Below, piece after piece: positions 30,600 through 38,679 of a stretch of DNA of 64,000 bases. The notes beneath the pieces were generated by a model. It saw only the letters and a program-made list of their open reading frames with translations, searched no databases and was not told where the DNA came from. A program made the translations under genes and the position numbers. How positions within the stretch are numbered: position 1 is the stretch's first letter; each line of letters begins with the position of its first letter. The DNA is from Erysipelotrichaceae bacterium. GTDB lineage: Bacteria > Bacillota_I > Bacilli_A > RFN20 > DUOF01. Location: the NCBI GenBank assembly GCA_015058985.1, contig SVBH01000005.1:9496-73495 (forward strand), written 5' to 3'.

Positions 30600-32252
30600 A
30601 TGAAAAGTTTATTTGTGCTTGCCACAATGCAATTAAAAGATAAATTAAACTTATCATTCTTAAAGAACAAAAAACAATTGTTGTTTAAGAGTATTTTTGC
30701 TATTGTAAAATTTGTTATTACAATTGCTTTATGCTTCTTAATTCTTAGCTTGTGTGCAAATATGAGTTTATTCTCCTTATTCCCAATAGTTCCTACCAGT
30801 GTCATTGCGATAGTTTTTGCAATTATGCTATTGTTATCTACAATTTTTACAACAATAGATTTAACAAAGAAACTATATTATTCATACGATAACAGAATAT
30901 TACTTACGCTTCCAGCGTCTCCGGCGATAGTATTTGGTTCAAAGTTGTTAGTTCTTTATTTCTATGAAATATTGAAAAACTTAACATTCATGATACCTAT
31001 GTTTATCGCTTATGGACTTGTTAGTGGTTTTGGAATATTGTATTATCCATGGATGTTATTCTGCTTTGTGTTTATTTCCATGATACCTGTTTTAATTGGT
31101 TCTTTATTATCACTTCCAATGATGTGGTTGTTTATGGTGTTTAGAAAACACAAGATATTAAAAATTGCAACCTTCGTTTTAATTGTTGCAGGAATTTCTT
31201 TTGGAATATTTGAGGCAGTTATTCATATTCCTTCTAATATTGATATTATAAGACAATGGGGAACCCTGTTTTGGGATATCCAAGATTTCCTAGGTGCTTT
31301 TACCAATAAATTCAGTTATATTTATCAAACTGTAGTGATGATGGTTGGAAGAACAAGAAATTTGATTCATGTTCAGTTTGATTCTAATACATTTTTCTAT
31401 TTTGGTAGATTGATTTTAGCTTTGATTATAATGTTAGTAGCTACTCTATTAATAAATAAACCTTTATTCTATAAAATGGCAAGTAAACCATTTGAATATA
31501 AAAAAGATGAATTTTTAGTTAGAAATAAAAATGAAATTAGAATTCCTGTTGAGTCTATCATCAAAAAAGATGAAAGACTAACACTTAGAAGTGCATCGAC
31601 AATGTTTAATAGTTTGTTTATAGTAATTGGACTTCCATTTGCAATCTTACTACTTAATAAATTATTTGCTGCTATGAATACAAGACTTTTAGGGGATAAT
31701 CTAAGTATGTTCTTCATTATTCTAATCGCTTTGTTAATCTCTCTTTCAAGTAACAGTTTGGTAGCTTCTATATATAGTAGGGAAGGAAAAGTTGCTTATT
31801 TAATAAAAGCGATGCCAACTAAACATTCACCTTTCTTATTTAGTAAATTATTCTTCAATATTCTTATTGGTTCTATTGCATTTTTTGCTTTAGGTGTAGT
31901 GCTATATTATACAAGTTCTATTGACTCATCAAATGCTATGAGTTTAACATTTACTTTATATTTTGTTTACTTAGCTCATATGCTATGGTCTGCTGAATTT
32001 GATATTATGAATCCTCAAAATGAAAAATATCTATCTGATAATGACTATATTAATAATCCTAATGAAAACAAATCAACGTTCTTAGCATTCTTGATGGCCT
32101 TTGTCTTTTCTGCTTTTGCCTTGTTCTTATTTATAGAAGATGTTGCAGCAAGCTGGAATAAACTATTATGGATTAGTATTATTTTACTAATTTATAAGGC
32201 TTACACTTATTTAACTAAAGTAAAATACTTTTATAGGGAGAGATGTGAATGA
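30600..32252 (+). CDS. Putative ABC exporter permease (about 12-14 TM helices)
   Basis: Highly hydrophobic; 'ILLTLP', 'SKL' and 'SREG...LIKAMP' patterns typical of permeases paired with YSHGM-type ATPases. Confidence 0.75.
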   Translation: MKSLFVLATMQLKDKLNLSFLKNKKQLLFKSIFAIVKFVITIALCFLILSLCANMSLFSLFPIVPTSVIAIVFAIMLLLSTIFTTIDLTKKLYYSYDNRILLTLPASPAIVFGSKLLVLYFYEILKNLTFMIPMFIAYGLVSGFGILYYPWMLFCFVFISMIPVLIGSLLSLPMMWLFMVFRKHKILKIATFVLIVAGISFGIFEAVIHIPSNIDIIRQWGTLFWDIQDFLGAFTNKFSYIYQTVVMMVGRTRNLIHVQFDSNTFFYFGRLILALIIMLVATLLINKPLFYKMASKPFEYKKDEFLVRNKNEIRIPVESIIKKDERLTLRSASTMFNSLFIVIGLPFAILLLNKLFAAMNTRLLGDNLSMFFIILIALLISLSSNSLVASIYSREGKVAYLIKAMPTKHSPFLFSKLFFNILIGSIAFFALGVVLYYTSSIDSSNAMSLTFTLYFVYLAHMLWSAEFDIMNPQNEKYLSDNDYINNPNENKSTFLAFLMAFVFSAFALFLFIEDVAASWNKLLWISIILLIYKAYTYLTKVKYFYRERCE

Positions 32253-32653
32253 AAAAGTCAGTGTTATTATTAATTGGGATTATTTATATATTAGCAATTG
32301 CTACAGTCAGTTTTTTTGGATTAAAAGTCCAAATTGTAGGTGAAGTAGTTTACATCAATAGAATTGAATGTATTAATGAAGAAGTGAAAGTGTTCAATGA
32401 TGAAAAATATATAATAGTAGATTACTATGATGATCCGGATAATCCTCTTGTAGTTCAACTTGAATGGAGAATTTATCCAGATAATGCCACTAAGAAACTT
32501 GTGAATTTTGTTTATGATGAAACATCCACTGTTGCTACTGTAAATAAGTTAGGGACTGTTATTTTTAAAGAAAGTGGTCCTATCACTGTTTATATTACAG
32601 CAGCAGATGGCTCTAGTAACGTCATAGAGACCGTAAAGATTATTGCAAAATAA
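32249..32653 (+). CDS. Small N-anchored protein with one Big_2-like Ig domain
   Basis: N-terminal TM helix; 'IYPDNATKK.V.F...S.VATVNKLGTV' Big_2 pattern; ATGA overlap with the permease. Confidence 0.7.
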   Translation: MKKSVLLLIGIIYILAIATVSFFGLKVQIVGEVVYINRIECINEEVKVFNDEKYIIVDYYDDPDNPLVVQLEWRIYPDNATKKLVNFVYDETSTVATVNKLGTVIFKESGPITVYITAADGSSNVIETVKIIAK

Positions 32654-32694
32654 GATAAAATGTGTAAAATATAATAAACGTGGAGGAAGTAAAT

Positions 32695-34875
32695 ATGAAA
32701 AAAATATTAAGACTATTTTTAGTTTTAGTAACTATGGTAACTTTGACTGCATGTGGTGATAAAAAGATAGAATCTTTAGTTTTAAAAAACGGATTAGAAA
32801 AAACATCATATGAAATCAATGAGACTATAGATACAAGTGGTATCGTCGTAATTGTTAAATACAATGATGATACTAAAAAAGAAGTAGGGGCTGAGGATCT
32901 ACAATTTAGTGGGATTTCAACTGAAACAGCAGGAGAAAAAACTTTAGTTATTACCTACAAAAAGAAAACACTTGAAATCAAGTATACTGTTTTAGCTGGT
33001 ATTGATGGAGGAAATGGTGAAGGCGAACAACAACAACCTTCTGCTACTATTATCGGAGTAGAAGCACCTAGATTCGTTACTCTATATAACAACAATATTA
33101 AAGAAAACGAAAATAATGAAGAAGCTGAGTTCTTTGTTAGAACAAATGGGTATAAAGTTGGAGATGACAATGAATTCAAATTTTTACCAAACATTACTGC
33201 TTTAGATGGTGAAGGAAACCCTGTTGAAGTAAATAAATATAAAAGTGTTTCAACTATCTCAATTAAAGAAAATGATACTTATCAAGTTATTACAGGACTT
33301 GATAGAAAGAAATATGTAGAAGTAGATGAAGAAGCTTCAACATATGACTTTACAGAAGAAGCAATTGGAAAAACTTTCAAACTATCAGTTTATCCTGCTA
33401 GTTTAACAAGTTCTCAAATGGGTCAAATTGCTAAGTATACTCAAACATTTGAGTTTACTGTAGTTGATGGATACAATGTGTATTCAGTTGCTGAATTAAG
33501 TATTTTAAATAACGAAGAACCAGAAATCTGGGAATCATATAAATCAGTTCATAACATCACGACTGATAAAGTTGCAGGAGTTATTTTACATGATAACTTG
33601 CAATTAAAAACTTCAGATTTCCCAAGTTATTATTTCTATCAATCAACTGATGATGGAGTAGTAACTCATGCTTCATTAGGTGCTACTGAAAAAGAAAGAC
33701 AAGAACAATATCAAAACAAAGCAGTTGTAGGAACTATGAAAGATAATGAAACTTTCTATTATTACAATTTAGCTAAAGATGAATCATTCAATATTTATGG
33801 TAACTATTTTACAATTGATGCATCTACGTTACCTGTAGTATCTGACTATGGTTTTGATGGAAGTAACTCTCAATTATTCAAATTTGTTTCTCCTGAAGGA
33901 AATACAAATGTTAATATCACTGATTTAAATCTTTTAGGAAATTCATTGAACTATATAGGAACAGGAAGTGAAAGAGAATTAGCTCCTAATAATATGGGAG
34001 GATTAATTGGATTTAAATTATCATCTGAAAAACATAATGTTACTGATACTAATGCATCAAGAGTAGCAGCATATACAGTTGACAATGTAATTGCTAAAGG
34101 ATTCTTTATGAACTTTATGCCTGAGAGACAAAAAACTCAATTTAAGTTTAAAAATGTTAAATCATTTGACACATATGGAAATAGTTTATTCTTAGACAGA
34201 CAAACTAAAGTAGCTTTAGAAAACTGTCAATTTACTAGATCTGGAGGTCCATTAATTATAACTCAATACACATGGACAGAAGGATACACAACAGAAGATG
34301 ATTATATTAGTTTAGACATTGATAGCGCTACTATTGAAAATGGAACAGAATCATGGTTATATGGATTAGAATCATGGTTTGAATCTTATGGATATGCAGA
34401 TGACTTTGCAAGTATTGTTGCATTAAACGCAGTATTAAATGGATATGGAATTAAAGGATATGTAGTAAATGATGGTGCAAAAGGAGATAAGATTAATGTT
34501 CTTGCAGCTATGACTTACTACAGATACGAGAGCAGTGATACTACTACATTTGGTAAAGTAATTCTTAAAATCGATGGTCATACTGTTATAGATACTGTTA
34601 ATACTGATTCTGCAGTTAATCCATTGTATGCTCAAATCATGACATCTTATAATGCTCCTGGAGACCAAAAACCACCATTGTTTGTTAACTCTGAAGGTGA
34701 TTATGCATTCTTAGTCACTACTGATGGTGTAAACTTTAGATTAACAAGAGATTTAGTTACATTCGAATCAATTTCAGCTACTGATAATTTCTTCAAACAA
34801 GGTGAATATATAACACTATATCAAAATGGAATGGCATTCGTGTTAGGATACGATACAACTCCAATTGCAGCATAA
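32695..34875 (+). CDS. Large lipoprotein: Big_3-like Ig domain plus a probable beta-helix region
   Basis: Lipobox LTAC; 'KTSYEINETIDTSG..V.Y.D' Big_3 pattern; repetitive beta-strand/Asn pattern in the second half; GGAGG RBS. Confidence 0.75.
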   Translation: MKKILRLFLVLVTMVTLTACGDKKIESLVLKNGLEKTSYEINETIDTSGIVVIVKYNDDTKKEVGAEDLQFSGISTETAGEKTLVITYKKKTLEIKYTVLAGIDGGNGEGEQQQPSATIIGVEAPRFVTLYNNNIKENENNEEAEFFVRTNGYKVGDDNEFKFLPNITALDGEGNPVEVNKYKSVSTISIKENDTYQVITGLDRKKYVEVDEEASTYDFTEEAIGKTFKLSVYPASLTSSQMGQIAKYTQTFEFTVVDGYNVYSVAELSILNNEEPEIWESYKSVHNITTDKVAGVILHDNLQLKTSDFPSYYFYQSTDDGVVTHASLGATEKERQEQYQNKAVVGTMKDNETFYYYNLAKDESFNIYGNYFTIDASTLPVVSDYGFDGSNSQLFKFVSPEGNTNVNITDLNLLGNSLNYIGTGSERELAPNNMGGLIGFKLSSEKHNVTDTNASRVAAYTVDNVIAKGFFMNFMPERQKTQFKFKNVKSFDTYGNSLFLDRQTKVALENCQFTRSGGPLIITQYTWTEGYTTEDDYISLDIDSATIENGTESWLYGLESWFESYGYADDFASIVALNAVLNGYGIKGYVVNDGAKGDKINVLAAMTYYRYESSDTTTFGKVILKIDGHTVIDTVNTDSAVNPLYAQIMTSYNAPGDQKPPLFVNSEGDYAFLVTTDGVNFRLTRDLVTFESISATDNFFKQGEYITLYQNGMAFVLGYDTTPIAA

Positions 34876-34877
34876 AA

Positions 34878-34907
34878 TAAAAACTGTTAGTTCGCTAACA
34901 GTTTTTT
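34878..34907. terminator. Bidirectional terminator
   Basis: AAAAAACTGTTAG-TTCG-CTAACAGTTTTTT. Confidence 0.85.
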
Positions 34908-35650
34908 TATTCTTCTTCATTTTTTATAGGATGCCATAAGTCAAATTTAGAATCATTATGTAACATCAGTAAGAAATTATCTTTAGCAGAAGGATATTTA
35001 CGATACAAATCCTTTAACATTTTTTTCATTTCTTCTCTTTGTGTATGTTTATCATTAGGACAAGTTGAAACTACAACAGGAATCTCTAATTTTTTAGCAG
35101 CCATAGAAATCCAATTTTCTCTTGCATATACTAATGGTCTGATAAAATCTATATCGATATTATCTAAATGCATTCTTGGCGAAAAAGTCGCAACTCTACC
35201 ACCATAGATAGCATTCATAAGTAAAGTTTCAATTGCATCTTCTGCGTGGTGAGCAAAAGCAACTTTATTACAGTTTAAGGATTTAGCAGCTTGATTAACA
35301 GCTGCTTTTTTCATTCTAGAACAAATAGAGCAAGGCAATTGACCTTTACTAGTAGGATGTTGTTTTAAAATAGAATAGATATCATTATCAAATACTTCTA
35401 GTCTCATGTCTTTATTTTTAAAATATTCTACAACAGGACTCAAATCCATATTTGGAAATCCCATCTTAACATGGATTCCTATTACCTCAAACTTTTTGCC
35501 TGCAAATCTTTTGTAAATATTTAAAGCTTCTAGTAAAACTAAGGAATCTTTACCTCCGCTGATGCCAACCCCAATTATGTCATTTTCTTCTATTAAATTA
35601 TAATCTCTGTCAGCTTTTTTGATACAACCTAAAACTCTTTTCATTGACAT
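34907..35650 (-). CDS. ttcA: tRNA 2-thiocytidine(32) synthetase, TtcA family
   Basis: SGGKDS PP-loop, PCSICSRMKK, HHAEDAIETLLMN, IRPL, TCP; AAAGGTGG RBS favours ATG 35650. Confidence 0.85.
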   Translation of the reverse strand: MSMKRVLGCIKKADRDYNLIEENDIIGVGISGGKDSLVLLEALNIYKRFAGKKFEVIGIHVKMGFPNMDLSPVVEYFKNKDMRLEVFDNDIYSILKQHPTSKGQLPCSICSRMKKAAVNQAAKSLNCNKVAFAHHAEDAIETLLMNAIYGGRVATFSPRMHLDNIDIDFIRPLVYARENWISMAAKKLEIPVVVSTCPNDKHTQREEMKKMLKDLYRKYPSAKDNFLLMLHNDSKFDLWHPIKNEEE

Positions 35651-35675
35651 AATTAGTTCCACCTTTCTGCGTTTT

Positions 35676-35687
35676 ATATTATAATAT
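35676..35687. promoter_or_regulatory. Palindromic bidirectional -10 element (ATATTATAATAT)
   Basis: TATAAT on both strands between the back-to-back RBSs of ttcA and truB. Confidence 0.45.
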
Positions 35688-35717
35688 GAAAGATAAGAAA
35701 TTTAAAGGTGTGATTAT

Positions 35718-36569
35718 ATGGATGGAGTATTGCTTGTTAATAAACCAAGAGGAATTGGAAGTTCTTCAGTGGTTTACAAACTTAGAAGAATATTAGGAAC
35801 GAAAGATATAGGACATTGTGGCACTTTAGATCCTTTAGCAGAAGGTCTTTTAGTTATCGTCATAGGGAAAGCATTAAAGATATCTAGATTCTTAACGGAA
35901 GATCGAAAAGAATATATTGCTACTTTAAAACTAGGAGAAACAACTCCAACTTTAGATTCTGAGAGTGAAATAAGTGAAACAAGAGAAGTTCCTAATTTTA
36001 CTAAAGAAGATATAGAAAAAGCTCTAGCATCTTTTAAAGGAAAAAGCAATCAAACTCCTCCTATGTATTCTGCTATTTCTGTAAATGGTAAGAAACTATA
36101 TGAATATGCTAGAAGCAACCAAACTGTGGAAATAAAAAGTAGAGAAATAGAAATATATGACATTGAACTCTTAGAATATCAAAATAATGAAATTAAATTC
36201 AGAGTAGATTGTTCAAAAGGCACTTATATCAGATCTTTATGTTTAGACATCGCTAAAGGATTAAATAACATCGGATATATGACTTCTTTAATTAGAACAA
36301 AAGCAGGCGAATACAGCATCAATAACTCATTTACCTTAGAGGAAATAGAAAAGAACGAGTTTTCTCTTATTTCGGTCGAAAATGCATTAAAATCAACATT
36401 TAGTATCAAAGTTGCAGATGAATATGAACTGAAAGAGATAGAACATGGTCATTACATCAATAAAGTTACTGAAGGAAAAACGCTTTACTTAGATAAAGAT
36501 AGAAACCCTTTAGGAATGTATGAATATGACAATGAAAAGAAAATAACCAAATGTATAAGATTATTTTAA
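35718..36569 (+). CDS. truB: tRNA pseudouridine(55) synthase TruB
   Basis: GHCGTLDP, PPMYSA, CSKGTYIRSL. Confidence 0.97.
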   Translation: MDGVLLVNKPRGIGSSSVVYKLRRILGTKDIGHCGTLDPLAEGLLVIVIGKALKISRFLTEDRKEYIATLKLGETTPTLDSESEISETREVPNFTKEDIEKALASFKGKSNQTPPMYSAISVNGKKLYEYARSNQTVEIKSREIEIYDIELLEYQNNEIKFRVDCSKGTYIRSLCLDIAKGLNNIGYMTSLIRTKAGEYSINNSFTLEEIEKNEFSLISVENALKSTFSIKVADEYELKEIEHGHYINKVTEGKTLYLDKDRNPLGMYEYDNEKKITKCIRLF

Positions 36570-36690
36570 AGCAATCTTTTTATTTTTCTGTAATTTTGAT
36601 GGTTGGATTATAAAATTTTTATATATTTTTAACAAATTTTAGTTTTTTATGTTACAATATAAACGTTATTAGACCATCTTATTTTATGGA

Positions 36691-37503
36691 ATGGAGGATA
36701 TTATGAATTATTGGACAGAATTAAGTGTTAATTATGCGAATCAAAGAGATTATTTGGATTCACTTTTTAGAGTATATCCAATGTCTCCTAATATCAGAAG
36801 AACAATAAGTGAAGAAAAGTGGAATATTATAGAAAATTCTTTCAATGAACAAAACAATGAAATTCTTGTTAAAGAATTATTGAAATTGGATTTATTTCCA
36901 ATAAAAGACTCTTATGTTGCATATTTAAAAAGAGATCCTTCTTCTATTACAAGAAATCCTAATACAATTAATCGTCTTGCTGGAAATTTATATCAAATGG
37001 GCTTAAATGAAATATATAATAAATGTACAGAACCAAAAGAAACAAATAGACAAATAGGACCTTTATTTAAAAGATGGATTGATACGGGAACTATAGGTGC
37101 TCCTGTATTTCATAATATTAACGAATTTTTAAATAGTAATGGAAATGCGATTTTAAACATTTCTGATACTGAAATGAAGAATTTTGCTAAACAATATTTA
37201 GGATATGACCATGAAAAAGGATTAGATTTTATCGCAAGATTCAACAATAAGTATATTATTGGCGAAGCTAAATTTCTTACAGATTTTGGAGGACATCAAG
37301 ATGCTCAATTTGCAGATGCAATATCTACAATAACTTCAACATTATTGCCTAATATCTTAAATGTGGAAGTTATAAAAATTGCTATTTGCGACGGAGTTTT
37401 ATATATCAGAGGGAACAATAAAATGCATAGGCACCTAGAAAATCATGATGAAGAAATAGTGGTATCAAGTTTACTATTGAGAGAATTTTTATATTCAGTT
37501 TAA
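36691..37503 (+). CDS. Type II restriction endonuclease, Tsp45I-like (GTSAC family, inferred)
   Basis: ANQRDYLDSLFRVYP N-terminus; KGLDF...IGEAKFLTDFGGHQ PD-(D/E)xK motif; adjacent methyltransferase. Confidence 0.7.
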   Translation: MEDIMNYWTELSVNYANQRDYLDSLFRVYPMSPNIRRTISEEKWNIIENSFNEQNNEILVKELLKLDLFPIKDSYVAYLKRDPSSITRNPNTINRLAGNLYQMGLNEIYNKCTEPKETNRQIGPLFKRWIDTGTIGAPVFHNINEFLNSNGNAILNISDTEMKNFAKQYLGYDHEKGLDFIARFNNKYIIGEAKFLTDFGGHQDAQFADAISTITSTLLPNILNVEVIKIAICDGVLYIRGNNKMHRHLENHDEEIVVSSLLLREFLYSV

Positions 37504-37512
37504 GGGGTTTTT

Positions 37513-38595
37513 ATGAAATTAGAATATATAGATAAAACTAATACTGAGAATATTATTTCAGATGCACTGAAATTTAATTGTTTTGATAATATTTCAATGC
37601 AGTCATGTTTAATATATGGTGATAATTTTAAGGCGTTGTCCTCATTGCTTAAATCGCATAAAGGAAAAATAGATTTAATATATATAGACCCTCCATTTAA
37701 TACAAATCAAGTGTTTGGGATTACCCAAAATCGTAAAAACGCAATTAGTCGTTCTAAAAACTCTATAATTGCATACTCAGATGAAATGACAAGAGTGGAA
37801 TTTTTAGAATTCATTCGAAAAAGGCTGATTATCTTAAAAGAATTATTGTCTGAAGAAGGAAGCATTTATTTGCATATTGATACGAAAGTTGGTCATTACA
37901 TTAAAATTATTATGGATGAGATTTTTGGCGAAGAAAACTTTAAAAATGATATAACTAGGGTCAAATCTAATCCTAAAAACTTTTCAAGAACCGCTTATGG
38001 TAATGAAAAAGATGTAATTTATTTTTATGCAAAAAACCACAAAAAAAATATTTGGAATGAAATAAAACAACCAATGGAAAAAAGTGATATTGAAAAGAGA
38101 TTCCCTAAAATAGATAAAAATGGTAGAAGATACACAACTATTCCTTTACATGCACCAGGAGAAACAAATGGTGTTACAGGACAAGCATGGAGAGGAATGA
38201 ATCCTCCAGAAGGAAGACATTGGAGGACCAATCCAACTGAATTTGACAAACTGGATTCCTTAGGGCTAATTGAATGGTCTTCTACAGGAAATCCACGAAT
38301 TATTAAATTTGCAGATGAACATAAAGGAAAGAAAATTCAAGATATTTGGTATTTTAAAGATCCTCAAAATCCAATATACCCAACAGAAAAAAATATTGAT
38401 ATGTTAAAGTTAATCGTTCAACAATCTTCAAGAGAGGGATCATTTGTTTTGGATTGTTTCTGTGGTAGTGGTACAACTTTACTGGCAGCGGAAGAATTGG
38501 GGAGAAAATGGATTGGTATCGATTCTTCTGAGGTAGCAATAAGTACTATAAAAAACAGGAAACAATTAAAAAATTTCCAATATTTTACATGTTAA
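37513..38595 (+). CDS. Beta-class amino (N6-A/N4-C) DNA methyltransferase
   Basis: Motif IV DPPF precedes YPTEK and motif I DCFCGSGTT. Confidence 0.92.
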   Translation: MKLEYIDKTNTENIISDALKFNCFDNISMQSCLIYGDNFKALSSLLKSHKGKIDLIYIDPPFNTNQVFGITQNRKNAISRSKNSIIAYSDEMTRVEFLEFIRKRLIILKELLSEEGSIYLHIDTKVGHYIKIIMDEIFGEENFKNDITRVKSNPKNFSRTAYGNEKDVIYFYAKNHKKNIWNEIKQPMEKSDIEKRFPKIDKNGRRYTTIPLHAPGETNGVTGQAWRGMNPPEGRHWRTNPTEFDKLDSLGLIEWSSTGNPRIIKFADEHKGKKIQDIWYFKDPQNPIYPTEKNIDMLKLIVQQSSREGSFVLDCFCGSGTTLLAAEELGRKWIGIDSSEVAISTIKNRKQLKNFQYFTC

Positions 38596-38597
38596 GA

Positions 38598-38634
38598 AAA
38601 AAATACTTTATCAAATTTTGATAAAGTATTTTTT
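38598..38634. terminator. Bidirectional terminator
   Basis: AAAAAATACTTTATCA-AATTT-TGATAAAGTATTTTTT. Confidence 0.75.
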
Positions 38635-38679
38635 ATTACACTTTTTCCGCTTTGTTAAACTTTAAGTCCAAGTATTTGT

